From assembly GCA_035714945.1 (NCBI GenBank), contig DASTLM010000058.1:1-35283 (forward strand): 35,283 nucleotides of DNA, given 5' to 3'. Of this stretch, positions 9,828 to 18,948 are shown piece by piece. Both the position numbers and the translations under genes were made by a program. A model generated the notes under the pieces. That model made no database searches. It was not told the origin of the DNA and saw only the letters and a list, made by a program, of their open reading frames with translations. This DNA is from Dehalococcoidia bacterium (GTDB lineage Bacteria > Chloroflexota > Dehalococcoidia > Lucifugimonadales > UBA3495). Within the stretch, counting starts at the first letter, position 1. Every line of letters starts with the position of its first letter.

Positions 9828-10497
9828 GATCAGGTAAATCTCCTTCAAATATCGGGTCCTGACTGGCTAATATTGGGTCCTGACTGGCTAATATCGGGTC
9901 CTGACTGGCTAATATCGGGTCCTGACTGGATTGCGCAGCATGTCCCTTCTGATTGGGCGTTTCTGGTCCAAGTTTGTTCTTTGGTCGGGGACCGAACTGG
10001 CGGCGCCGCCGTGTTGGCCCCGGTCCCATTTGCGGCAGGGAGAGCTGGGTATTATCCTCCCGCAAGTCCTGCACCACCCGCTCAAAGCTCTCAATGTCTT
10101 GAAAATCTCGATAGACGCTGGCATATCTGATATACGCCACTCGATCCACGTTAATCAGTCGTTCCATGACCAATTGGCCTATGATGTTCGACGGCACCTC
10201 CCCCTGGCCAAGATGTTGCAGTTCGGTTTCAATATCTTCGACCATCTTTTCGATGGTCCGGGAGGGAATCGGGCGCTTGGCGCAAGCCTTGCGAATTCCG
10301 CTGACCAATTTCTCCCGGTTGAACTCCTCCCTCCGGTTATCCCGCTTCGACACCAACAGCGCCGTGGACTGAATCCGTTCGTAGGTCGTGAACCTCACTC
10401 CGCACTGACGGCACTCGCGCCGGCGCCGGATGCCGCTTTCCACTTCTCTGGAGTCAGTCACTCTCGAGTCAGGGTGCCCGCAGAACTGACACCGCAT
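9820..10497 (-). CDS. nrdR: transcriptional repressor NrdR with ~75-aa C-terminal extension
   Basis: MRCQFCGHPDSRVTDSRE....IRRRRECRQCGVRFTTYE zinc ribbon followed by an ATP-cone (KRDNRREEFNREKL...IRYASVYRDF). ATG at 10497, preceded by AAGGTGGA. The tail carries (SQDPILA)x4. Confidence 0.9.
   Translation of the reverse strand: MRCQFCGHPDSRVTDSREVESGIRRRRECRQCGVRFTTYERIQSTALLVSKRDNRREEFNREKLVSGIRKACAKRPIPSRTIEKMVEDIETELQHLGQGEVPSNIIGQLVMERLINVDRVAYIRYASVYRDFQDIESFERVVQDLREDNTQLSLPQMGPGPTRRRRQFGPRPKNKLGPETPNQKGHAAQSSQDPILASQDPILASQDPILASQDPIFEGDLPDHE
9849..9930. repeat. tandem repeat, 21 bp x3.9 (atatcgggtcctgactggcta), in frame in the nrdR 3' end
   Basis: Read directly. Encodes SQDPILA x4 near the NrdR C-terminus. 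The first copy lies 27 nt from the nrdR stop and 22 nt from the orf79 ATG. Confidence 0.95.
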
Positions 10498-10567
10498 CAC
10501 TCCACCTTTTCTTATACTTTTCTTAAAATTATTTAAGAAATACCAAATGCTGTACTATTTGTTAATT

Positions 10568-10583
10568 GCACTACAACTTGTGG
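10568..10583 (-). promoter_or_regulatory. candidate NrdR box upstream of nrdR
   Basis: gCACTACAACTTGTGg is an imperfect palindrome (ACTACAA-c-TTGTGGT). It matches the published NrdR-box consensus acaCwAtATaTwGtgt at about 11/16 positions, including the conserved C, A, T and G. It lies 71 nt upstream of the nrdR ATG. A weaker second site may be present at 10547-10562. Confidence 0.35.
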
Positions 10584-10763
10584 TAGTTCGATTCTATGAG
10601 TCCAGCCAGCACAATGTCAATACAAAATTTCCGCGGTATTTGGCGTTTTTTTCTGGAGACCAGATGGCTGATTGGGGCGGGCATTGTGGCCAGATCCCTC
10701 ATCCAGACCGGCCTCTGGACTGGTCACCGGCAAGGGGCCGAGGATGATCGCCGAGGGTGATTG

Positions 10764-10799
10764 CAGTTGACTGCGGCTCCACAGTTGACTGCGGCTCCA
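10764..10799. repeat. tandem repeat, 18 bp x2 (cagttgactgcggctcca)
   Basis: Two perfect copies in the nrdR-ftsZ gap. Confidence 0.95.
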
Positions 10800-10978
10800 A
10801 TAGAAGAGGCCATCCCGATCAGGGACGGCCTCAAGCAGGTTCTCGGTGCCCAGGTTGTCAACTAATGAAAAAGGTGATTAAGACGGTCAGGCCTCCGAGA
10901 ATATTCCTCAAATATGGGAACCACCGGGTTTGGCAGCTACCGTCGCTATGGGAACCATTTGCGGCGGGAACCACCCGG

Positions 10979-11030
10979 CAGGAAGTTTATCCAGGAAGTT
11001 TACCCAGGAAGTTTACCCAGGAAGTTTATC
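10979..11030. repeat. tandem repeat, 13 bp x4 (caggaagttta[t/c]c)
   Basis: Four copies. The unit is not a multiple of 3, which fits a non-coding location. Confidence 0.95.
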
Positions 11031-11222
11031 CCAGAGGACGCCAGCTTTGCCTTGAGATAATTGGCTCGATATTCCCCATTCCTCTCCCATCCACTCCCAA
11101 CTTGTTTCGAGCCGGCCAGCGTCCCCGGCGAGGTTAGATCCTGGCTGGATTAAACCGGTGTTTGGGTCCCGGGTTTCCCCTCCTGCCCGGGGAGGGCAAC
11201 CTAAACACTCTCCAGGTCCGGG

Positions 11223-12374
11223 TTATCGAAAAAAGCCTCGCTTGCCTCCCGACTGGCGGCGCAGGAAGCTGGGTACGTCCATCTCTTCCTCGGTATCTGG
11301 AGATATATCCTGCAGCAGCCTCTGCAGTTCGGCCTCGCGCATCCGCTGGTTGTCCTGGACCACCGGGAAGGCGGCGGCGACCATCGTCATCTTCACCTCA
11401 TCATCCATTCTGGGGTCGCGGCTGGTGCCAAAGATGATGTTGGCATCCGGGTCGGCCATGTCCTCAATGACCTTGGCGGCGTCCTGTACTTCCTGCAGGG
11501 TCAGGCTGTTGCCGCCGGTGATGACGAACAACACGCGGCGGGCTCCCTCCATGGCAATATCCAGCAAGGGGCTGCGGGTAGCCATCTTGGCGGCGTCGGA
11601 CGCTCGGTTCTCACCCTTGCCCCGGCCAATGGCCATCCAGGCCGGGCCAGCGCCGCTGAGAATGGTCTTGACATCGGCGAAGTCGACGTTGATCTCGCCA
11701 GGAACGGTGACCACTTCGGCGATCGCCTGAATTCCCTGATGCAGCACTGAGTCGGCCATCTTCAGAGCGTCTTCCCAGGTGAAGGGCTGGTCTTTGTGGG
11801 CATTCAGTTCCAGCAAACGGTCATTGGGGATGGTGATCAGGGTATCGACATGGTCCTTGAGTCGGGCGATGCCCTCCTCAGCGTTCTTGCGGCGGGCGGC
11901 GGCTTCAAAGGAGAAGGGACGGCTCACCACGGCGATGGTCAGAGCGCCGGCCTCTTTGGCGATCTGGGCCACCACCGGCGCGGAACCGGTGCCGGTGCCG
12001 CCACCCATGCCCACCGCCAGGAATACCATGTCCGCGCCTTCAACGGCCCGCTGAATTTCGGACCTCGACTCTTCGGCGGCCTGCCGGCCCAGCTCAGGTT
12101 GGGCGCCAGATCCCAGGCCGCGAGTCAGGTTCTGGCCCAGGGCGATGCGGTGGGCGACGTCACACCGGAACAGGTGCTGGGCGTCGGTGTTCAGCGCATA
12201 GTATTCCACCACGGGCAGCTTTTCTTTGTACATCCGGCTTACGGCGTTGCTTCCGCCGCCGCCAATGCCCAGTACCTTGATCATGGGGACGCCCCGAGCA
12301 ATCTCCGGCACCAGGTTGGACTGCTCTGAATAATCGCCGCTTGGCTCCCAGGAAGCTGAGTTGTCTAGTACCAT
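11223..12374 (-). CDS. ftsZ: cell division protein FtsZ
   Basis: [36 protein letters not shown], and the C-terminal peptide DVPSFLRR. Start placed at ATG 12374 (GGAGGA 7 nt upstream) rather than at the ORF-track start 12479. Confidence 0.95.
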   Translation of the reverse strand: MVLDNSASWEPSGDYSEQSNLVPEIARGVPMIKVLGIGGGGSNAVSRMYKEKLPVVEYYALNTDAQHLFRCDVAHRIALGQNLTRGLGSGAQPELGRQAAEESRSEIQRAVEGADMVFLAVGMGGGTGTGSAPVVAQIAKEAGALTIAVVSRPFSFEAAARRKNAEEGIARLKDHVDTLITIPNDRLLELNAHKDQPFTWEDALKMADSVLHQGIQAIAEVVTVPGEINVDFADVKTILSGAGPAWMAIGRGKGENRASDAAKMATRSPLLDIAMEGARRVLFVITGGNSLTLQEVQDAAKVIEDMADPDANIIFGTSRDPRMDDEVKMTMVAAAFPVVQDNQRMREAELQRLLQDISPDTEEEMDVPSFLRRQSGGKRGFFR

Positions 12375-12388
12375 AGTCTGATCCTCCG

Positions 12389-12418
12389 CAAGATTTGATG
12401 TCCCAAGATTTGATATCC
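12389..12418. repeat. tandem repeat, 15 bp x2 (caagatttgat[g/a]tcc)
   Basis: Read directly. It ends 1 nt 5' of the ftsZ Shine-Dalgarno. Confidence 0.9.
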
Positions 12419-12555
12419 TATGACGATGTAATGATATTGATTGAGTAATTAGGCTATCGCTTTTTCCAGAAGCGGCCAATGACTCGGGGCTTCAAATTAC
12501 TGAATCTTTTGAACCCTGGCCGTATCGGAATATGGCCGTAACCCAGTGCTGACAC

Positions 12556-13800
12556 CTACCTGGTGACTTGCTCTCTGGACCGACCGAACCGGCGGGCCAG
12601 AGACTTGTACCCCCAGAGAGTTCTCTCTCCGTTCTGATAAGTGCGCCTTTCTCCTTGATGCTTGATCCCCCAGAGCAACGCTCCTACTCCGGCGGAGAAA
12701 GCCGGTTTGCGCAACTGCGAGGGTAATCCCGCGATGCCGTTGGGGTAAGCGATGCGGACCTGCCCGCCCATATTGCTCTCCACCAACTGCTTCAGGCCGG
12801 CAATTTCAGCGCTCCCGCCGGTGATGACCAGGCCCCCGGTGGGCAACTGGCGCAGTCCGGCCTGACTGACCCGCAGCATGATCAGTTTCAACATCTCGAT
12901 CATGCGCAGATGCAACGGCTCGCAAAGGCCCCGGCGTTTGACCACCCGCTTGGGTTGGCCCTGGACCCCCGGTATTACCACCTCCTCGTCTGCTCGAATC
13001 GACTCGGGCATGACATTTCCCCACTTGACCTTGATTTCCTCAGCCATGTGGTAGGGAACCCGCAATGCCACCGCCAGGTCACGAGTCAACTGGCTGCCGC
13101 CCACGGGCAAGACCGTGGAGTACCAGGGGTGACCGTCGCGGTAGATTGACACATCACACGTTCCGGCACCGATGTCCGCCAGGACCACTCCCATCTCACG
13201 TTCGTCCCCAGTGAGGGTAGCCTCCGCTGAGGCCAGGGATTGGAGCACCAGGCTGTTGACGGAAACCTTGCCTACCTCGATGGCTTTCACCGTGTTCTTG
13301 ATGGTGGTAGCGTCGCCCAACACAACATGGGATTCTATCTGGACTTTGCTGGCGTGCAGACCGGTGGGGTTTCGCACGCCGGATAGGCCGTCGACTTCGT
13401 ATCCGATGGGTATTACGTGCAGCACTTCCTGCGTAGCATCCACATGGGGGAATGACGATTGGATCAACTGGTGAAGCTGCTGCGAGGTAACGCCGTCCAG
13501 GTCTTCAAATCCCCGAAGTTCGTCCTGGGTGTTCAGGCAGGATATGTGGGTGCCGCTGATGGTGGCGTATACTCCCGATACGACATCCCTTCCAACGTAG
13601 CGCTGGGCTTCCTCCAGTGACGCGGCCACTGCCGCCTTCACCTCTTTGATACTTTCGATGCGGCCCTTCTGCACCCCCTGGGAAACGGCGATCCCAGTAC
13701 CCAGGATTTTAAGCTCTCCTTCACTGCCCACCCGGGCCAAAATCGCGCAGACCTTATTGGTGCCAATATCGACGGCGGTGTAGAAATTTTCCCTAGCCAA
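12556..13800 (-). CDS. ftsA: cell division protein FtsA
   Basis: 414 aa with an actin-like ATPase pattern (AVDIGTNKVCAI..., LADIGAGTCDVSIY, VITGGSAEI) and a position directly upstream of ftsZ. Apparent TTG start. Confidence 0.9.
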   Translation of the reverse strand: MARENFYTAVDIGTNKVCAILARVGSEGELKILGTGIAVSQGVQKGRIESIKEVKAAVAASLEEAQRYVGRDVVSGVYATISGTHISCLNTQDELRGFEDLDGVTSQQLHQLIQSSFPHVDATQEVLHVIPIGYEVDGLSGVRNPTGLHASKVQIESHVVLGDATTIKNTVKAIEVGKVSVNSLVLQSLASAEATLTGDEREMGVVLADIGAGTCDVSIYRDGHPWYSTVLPVGGSQLTRDLAVALRVPYHMAEEIKVKWGNVMPESIRADEEVVIPGVQGQPKRVVKRRGLCEPLHLRMIEMLKLIMLRVSQAGLRQLPTGGLVITGGSAEIAGLKQLVESNMGGQVRIAYPNGIAGLPSQLRKPAFSAGVGALLWGIKHQGERRTYQNGERTLWGYKSLARRFGRSREQVTR

Positions 13801-13866
13801 TTCTTGACCGTCCTTTGGGCCTGATCGGGCCCCTTGTTGTTATTGCCAAAAATCTACGTTGCTGCA

Positions 13867-14799
13867 TCATATTCTCTCTGCTACCCGCATCCGGGCGCTC
13901 CGGCTGCGGGGATTGGCCGATACTTCTTCGGCGGATGGTCGAAGGATCCTGCGATTGACGATCCGCAGGGCAGGTTGGTGGCCACAAACGCACACCGGCA
14001 ATTCCGGTGGGCAGATACACCCGGCCGCTTCGTGGGCCAATCTGTTTTTCACCAGGCGGTCCTCCAGGCTGTGGTAGCTGATGACCACCAACCTGCCGCC
14101 CTCATCGAGTAACTCAACAGCGGCGGCCAAACCGGACCCAAGGTTGGTTAACTCATCATTTACCTCAATGCGCAGTGCCTGGAAGACTCGCGTCGCCGGG
14201 TTTACTCTGCGCCCCCGTCCAGGGCGTATTACCCCAGCTACCAGCGCCGACAATTCACCGGTGGTGTTGATCGGACGCGCTCGGACAATGGCTCGGGCCA
14301 CCGCCCTGGCTCGGGTTTCCTCTCCGTATTCGAAGAAGATGCGCCCGAGTTCTGATTCCCCGTAGGAATTGACAATATCGGCGGCGGTCAGGGACTGGCC
14401 TTCCGGGTCGTAGCGCATGTCCAGAGGCTCGTCCCTCTGGAAGCTGAACCCGTAACCCGCGACCTCTACCTGTCGGGAAGAGAAACCCAGGTCCAACAAA
14501 AACCCATCTACCCGATCAAAGCCCCTGGACCGTACCATCTGAGCGGCATCAGCGTAGTTGCCCGGAATTCCAATGAACCGGTCGCCAAACTCTTTTAATC
14601 GTTGTTGTGCTCGTGACAGAGAGCGAGGGTCTCGATCAACACCCAGCACCACACCTCGGGGAGCAGACGCCCGCAGGACCGAAGAGGCATGCCCTCCCTC
14701 ACCTACCGTAGCATCCACATACACACCACCCGGCCTCACCGCCAGATGCTCCACCGTCTCCCTCAGCAATACCGGTTGATGAAAAGCAAGTTCTTCCAT
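13867..14799 (-). CDS. rsmH: 16S rRNA (cytosine1402-N4)-methyltransferase RsmH
   Basis: MEELAFHQPVLLRETVEHL...VDATVGEGGHA...LLDLGFSS.Q...GFSF...PLDMR. Start placed at ATG 14799 (311 aa, the usual size). The ORF-track start 14991 adds 64 aa made largely of tandem repeats. Confidence 0.88.
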   Translation of the reverse strand: MEELAFHQPVLLRETVEHLAVRPGGVYVDATVGEGGHASSVLRASAPRGVVLGVDRDPRSLSRAQQRLKEFGDRFIGIPGNYADAAQMVRSRGFDRVDGFLLDLGFSSRQVEVAGYGFSFQRDEPLDMRYDPEGQSLTAADIVNSYGESELGRIFFEYGEETRARAVARAIVRARPINTTGELSALVAGVIRPGRGRRVNPATRVFQALRIEVNDELTNLGSGLAAAVELLDEGGRLVVISYHSLEDRLVKNRLAHEAAGCICPPELPVCVCGHQPALRIVNRRILRPSAEEVSANPRSRSARMRVAERI

Positions 14800-14835
14800 C
14801 CTGGCATCTGGCCTGGCATCCGGCCTGGCATCCGG
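14800..14835. repeat. tandem repeat, 12 bp x3 (cctggcatc[t/c]gg), abutting the rsmH ATG
   Basis: Read directly. The first copy begins at the base next to the start codon. Confidence 0.95.
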
Positions 14836-14878
14836 CCCAACGAAGGGGCCTACCGGGCCGGCCTCGACTGTTTCACTT

Positions 14879-14923
14879 CCGGTACCATTATTGCCGGTAC
14901 CATTACTGCCGGTACCATTATTG
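14879..14923. repeat. tandem repeat, 15 bp x3 (ccggtaccatta[t/c]tg)
   Basis: Read directly, 80-124 nt upstream of the rsmH ATG. Confidence 0.95.
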
Positions 14924-15271
14924 ATGGTTTCTGCGAGAGACACCAAACCGTTGAAGGAGCACCTCACTCTCTGTTCACTAAAACCTGGCACGGCTGGCGA
15001 AAGGCACAGGTATACCCTGGGGTATAATTTAGTGGATTAAAATACCCTTCCCGGGGTGATCAGTTGCGCCCGGCCAAGTCGCGCCCGTTGCAGATCAATT
15101 CGGCTCCCCTCCCGGGGTTGGAGATTAGCCCGTCCAGACCGGCGCTGTCGCTGAATTACATCTCAGCCAGACCGGCGATACCACCCAACCCCTCCACCCG
15201 CTCACTAGTCGAAACTTATCAATCCGGTCAATACCGTGTCAACGAGTTAGACCAACCATTTTAGATGATTT

Positions 15272-15293
15272 TTAAAATTATCTTAAAATTATA
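15272..15293. repeat. tandem repeat, 11 bp x2 (ttaaaattat[c/a]), AT-rich
   Basis: Read directly, in the divergent rsmH/tig intergenic region. Confidence 0.8.
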
Positions 15294-15366
15294 TCGATCC
15301 CCGGCTCAGAGGCCTTCATAAAACGTATTCCTGATATCAGATCGCCCGGCGGTTGGCCAGGGGAAC

Positions 15367-15395
15367 TTTCAACCCTGGGGTCGTTGTGCTATAAT
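15367..15395 (+). promoter_or_regulatory. candidate sigma70-type promoter for tig-clpP-clpX
   Basis: Extended -10 TGcTATAAT at 15387-15395. A weak -35 tttcaa at 15367-15372 with a 17-nt spacer. It lies about 78 nt upstream of the tig start. Confidence 0.5.
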
Positions 15396-15472
15396 TTTTC
15401 TGTCCCACAGGAGCAACGCCCTAGTATCTGTTGCTCTGGTTATTTCAGCTTCATGACTCTGGTGGAGAATAA

Positions 15473-16927
15473 GTGGTGAAGGTTACCAGGGAATCGGTTA
15501 CTTCGACGGAAGTAATCCTCAACATAGAAATGGACCCGGCCGATGAGGATCCATTTATTGACCGTTCCTATCGCCGTTCGGTGGGCCGGATGCAGATCCC
15601 CGGTTTCCGCAGGGGAAAGGCCCCCCGCTTCATTGTGGAGCGATATGTTGGGCGCACTGCCCTGCTGCAGGAAGCTCTGGAATTCATGATTCCGGAGACT
15701 CTGGACCAGGTGCTCAAGGATGAAGACCTCCGGGCCTTCATCGAGCCTCAGATAGAATTGATGGACGTCGAGCCGGTCTCCTTCAAGGCGGTGGTCCCGC
15801 TGGAGCCATTGGTGGAACTGGGCGACTACCGCGCCATTCGCGTTGAGCAAACGCCGGTGGAGGTCACCGATGAGCAGGTAAACGACGTCATCAACCGGCT
15901 GCAGCAGGAGGCAGCGCCCTGGGAGCCGGCGGGACGCCCCGTCCAATTCGGCGACCTGTTGAACCTGGAAGTTCGAGGAACCATCGACGGCGAAGAAGTA
16001 GTCAACGACCAGGGCGTGGACTACATTCCCCAGTTAGAGAATCTCCTGCCCTTTCCTGGCTTTGCCGTTCATCTGGAGGGCATGACTGAAGGACAGGAAA
16101 AAGACTTCACTCTGGCGATTCCTGAAGATTATCCCCGTCCCCAGTTCGCCGGCAAGGAGTGCCAATTTCACGTGGCGGTGCTCTCGATCAAGGCAAAGAA
16201 GCTGCCCGAACTGGACGACGAGTTTGCCAAAGGTGTCGGTGAGGGCTTCGATACCTTTGACGCCTTGCTGGAACACGTTCGAGGGCGGCTGACCGATGAG
16301 TCGGAAACCGAGGCCACCATCCTGCTGGAAACCAAGAGCCTGGACCAGTTGGTCGCCATTGCCACCATCGAGGCCTCCGATGCGGTGTACCAACGGGAGC
16401 TGGAAATTATGCAGCAGGAAAGAGCGCGCATTATGCAGAGCCAGCGCCTGGACCTGGATACCTACCTGAAATATATCGGAAAGACTGAGGAGGAATTCCT
16501 CGATGAACTCCGCCCCAACGCCAACCGGCGGCTGACCAGGTATCTGGTGATGCGCAAGTTGTCCCAGGAAGAGGGTATTTCAGCGTCGGACGAGGAAGTT
16601 CAGGAGGAGATCGAGACAGCCATTGCCTCGGCTGGGGACAACGCTCAGCAGATGCGCCGCACCCTGTCCTCAGAGTTTTCCAGAGAAAACATCCGGTCCT
16701 CGATATTGAACCGGAAAGTAATGCAGCGTCTGATCGAAATCGCCAGGGGAAGCGATGAGGGTGGTCAGGCCCCGGCGACCCGGGCGCCGGAGAGCGGCGA
16801 AATCCAGCCAGCGGCAGGTACTGAGGAACGCCCCGAGGCTTCCGCCCCGGTAAATGGTAAAGAAACCGTAGAAACCGCCATCGAATCCGCGGTAGAAACC
16901 GCGGTACAAACCAATGAAGGAGTATAG
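15473..16927 (+). CDS. tig: trigger factor
   Basis: 484 aa. The N-terminal ribosome-binding motif region ...IPGFRRGKAPR..., a PPIase-like middle and a C-terminal arm domain. It precedes clpP-clpX as in many bacteria. It has a ~50-aa low-complexity tail. Confidence 0.9.
   Translation: MVKVTRESVTSTEVILNIEMDPADEDPFIDRSYRRSVGRMQIPGFRRGKAPRFIVERYVGRTALLQEALEFMIPETLDQVLKDEDLRAFIEPQIELMDVEPVSFKAVVPLEPLVELGDYRAIRVEQTPVEVTDEQVNDVINRLQQEAAPWEPAGRPVQFGDLLNLEVRGTIDGEEVVNDQGVDYIPQLENLLPFPGFAVHLEGMTEGQEKDFTLAIPEDYPRPQFAGKECQFHVAVLSIKAKKLPELDDEFAKGVGEGFDTFDALLEHVRGRLTDESETEATILLETKSLDQLVAIATIEASDAVYQRELEIMQQERARIMQSQRLDLDTYLKYIGKTEEEFLDELRPNANRRLTRYLVMRKLSQEEGISASDEEVQEEIETAIASAGDNAQQMRRTLSSEFSRENIRSSILNRKVMQRLIEIARGSDEGGQAPATRAPESGEIQPAAGTEERPEASAPVNGKETVETAIESAVETAVQTNEGV
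16889..16912. repeat. tandem repeat, 12 bp x2 (gcggta[g/c]aaacc), in frame in the tig 3' end
   Basis: Encodes AVET-AVQT, and a related gtagaaaccgc copy sits at 16868. Confidence 0.75.
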
Positions 16928-16933
16928 CCTCTC

Positions 16934-17599
16934 ATGTTGAACCACCCCTTCCATTCGTCACCGCTGGTTCCTGACGCCTCTTGGTTGAACCCCCAGAATA
17001 TCATCCCCATGGTCATCGAGACCAGCCCCCGGGGGGAGCGGGCGTTCGACATCTATTCGCTATTGTTGAAAGAGCGGATAGTGTTTATGGGGACTCCCAT
17101 CTCCGACCCGATTGCCAATGTCATCATCGCCCAATTGCTGTACCTGGAGCGGGAAGACCCGGACAAGGGAATCAGCGTTTACATCAACAGCCCCGGCGGA
17201 GTCATCAGTTCCGGCCTGGCGATTTACGACACCATGCACCTGATCACCTGTGAAGTCTCCACCATCTGTCTGGGGATGGCGGCCAGCATGGCTACGGTGC
17301 TGCTTTCCGGCGGCGCCAAGGGCAAGCGGTACTGTCTGCCCAACTCCACGGTTCACATGCACCAGGCTTTGGGTGGGGCCCAGGGCCAGGCCAGCGATAT
17401 TGAGATCGCGGCGCGGGAAATTTTGCGTTTGCAGGACAAGATACGCACCCTGCTATCCATTAACACCGGGCAGGACTACGATAAGATTGTTCGCGATACT
17501 GACCGGGACTTCTACCTGACTGCGGAGCAGGCAGTGGAATACGGCCTGGTTGATGAAATCCTGGGGGCTGCCTCCCGCAACGGAGGGCGGGCGAGTTAG
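16934..17599 (+). CDS. clpP: ATP-dependent Clp protease proteolytic subunit
   Basis: [43 protein letters not shown] (catalytic Ser), HQ.LGG.QGQA.DIEI. Confidence 0.95.
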   Translation: MLNHPFHSSPLVPDASWLNPQNIIPMVIETSPRGERAFDIYSLLLKERIVFMGTPISDPIANVIIAQLLYLEREDPDKGISVYINSPGGVISSGLAIYDTMHLITCEVSTICLGMAASMATVLLSGGAKGKRYCLPNSTVHMHQALGGAQGQASDIEIAAREILRLQDKIRTLLSINTGQDYDKIVRDTDRDFYLTAEQAVEYGLVDEILGAASRNGGRAS

Positions 17600-17648
17600 G
17601 CCCTTAATTAGCCTTTTGATTAAATATGATGCATAGCAGCAACTGGCA

Positions 17649-18938
17649 GTGACTAACGCAAGAAGCGGCCCAAGGCTCTCCCAGTGCTCCTTTTGCGGGA
17701 AGACCCAGACCCGTTCCAGCCTGGTGGTGGCGGGCAAGGGTCAGGCCACCGTGTGCTACGAATGCATTCGAGTATTGGGACAGCTCATCGAGACCGAGCA
17801 GCCGGTCCAGCCGGTCCGTTCCAGGAAGGATGGCCCGCTGGTGCCTCGGTCCATCTACGCCAACCTTGACGAGTACGTGGTCGGCCAGGAGAAGGCCAAA
17901 AAGGTCCTGAGTGTCGCCGTATACAACCACTTCAAGCGCATCTGGAACGGTGCCAACAAATCCGAAGTCGAACTGCAAAAGTCCAACATCCTGTTGATCG
18001 GGCCCACCGGCTGTGGCAAGACCATGCTGGCCGAAACCCTGGCCCGCACGCTGGCGGTGCCCTTTGCCGTTTGCGACGCCACGTCCCTGACCGAATCCGG
18101 GTACGTGGGCGAGGATGTTGAGAACATCCTGTTGCGGCTGATCCAGGCGTCAGATTGGGATATTGCCAAGGCTGAGCAGGGCATAATCTACATCGACGAA
18201 CTGGATAAGATCGCCCGCAAGGAGGGAGTCAACCGGTCCATCACCCGGGACGTATCGGGGGAAGGCGTACAGCAAGAATTGTTGAAGATCGTCGAGGGGT
18301 GCGTGGCCAACGTGCCTCCCCAGGGCGGTCGGAAGCATCCCCACCAGGAATTCCTGCAAATCAATACCAGGAATATTCTCTTCATCTGCGGCGGCGCTTT
18401 CGAGGGCCTGGAAAACATCGTGGCCCGCCGCATTACCTACAGTGGATCGCAGATGGGTTTCCTGTCCGGCAGTCGATCCAAGACGGAGACCGACGGCAAC
18501 GTTCTGAGCTATGTCACTCCTGAAGACCTGCTGGAGTATGGATTCATCCCGGAATTGGTGGGGCGTCTGCCGGTGGTTAGCAGCCTGGAACATCTGGACC
18601 GGGACGCGCTGATCCGAGTGCTGATCGAGCCGAAGAATGCCATCGTCAAACAATACCAGCAACTATTCAGCATCGACAACGTCGAGTTGGAGTTCACTCA
18701 AGGAGCATTGGAAGCGGCGGCGGATAAGGCCCTCACCCACCAGACCGGCGCGCGCTGTCTTCGCTATGTAGTTGAAGAGGCTCTGATGGAAGTGATGTAC
18801 GAGTTGCCGTCGTTGGAAGATGTGGTGCGTTGTGTGGTCGACCGGGACGCCATCGAAGGTACAGGTTCCCCGGATCTAATTACCGCTTCAGGAGAGTGCT
18901 TCCGACTACCTTTCGGGCCGATCCAGAAATCCGCTTAG
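17649..18938 (+). CDS. clpX: ATP-dependent Clp protease ATP-binding subunit ClpX
   Basis: N-terminal zinc ribbon CSFCGK...CYEC, Walker A GPTGCGKT, Walker [10 protein letters not shown], pore loop GYVGEDV. Confidence 0.95.
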   Translation: MTNARSGPRLSQCSFCGKTQTRSSLVVAGKGQATVCYECIRVLGQLIETEQPVQPVRSRKDGPLVPRSIYANLDEYVVGQEKAKKVLSVAVYNHFKRIWNGANKSEVELQKSNILLIGPTGCGKTMLAETLARTLAVPFAVCDATSLTESGYVGEDVENILLRLIQASDWDIAKAEQGIIYIDELDKIARKEGVNRSITRDVSGEGVQQELLKIVEGCVANVPPQGGRKHPHQEFLQINTRNILFICGGAFEGLENIVARRITYSGSQMGFLSGSRSKTETDGNVLSYVTPEDLLEYGFIPELVGRLPVVSSLEHLDRDALIRVLIEPKNAIVKQYQQLFSIDNVELEFTQGALEAAADKALTHQTGARCLRYVVEEALMEVMYELPSLEDVVRCVVDRDAIEGTGSPDLITASGECFRLPFGPIQKSA

Positions 18939-18948
18939 ACTTTGATTC

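Noticed and set aside
10757-11137. 126-aa plus-strand ORF in the nrdR-ftsZ gap
   Set aside because: Its sequence is built from the 18-bp and 13-bp tandem arrays (VDCGS x2, QEVYP-like repeats). The 13-bp unit is not a multiple of 3, there is no SD, and the composition is implausible. I treat the region as non-coding.
12375-12479. 35-codon N-terminal extension of ftsZ from the ORF-track start
   Set aside because: A strong GGAGGA SD sits 7 nt before the internal ATG at 12374. The extension is partly encoded by the 15-bp tandem array and has no FtsZ homology.
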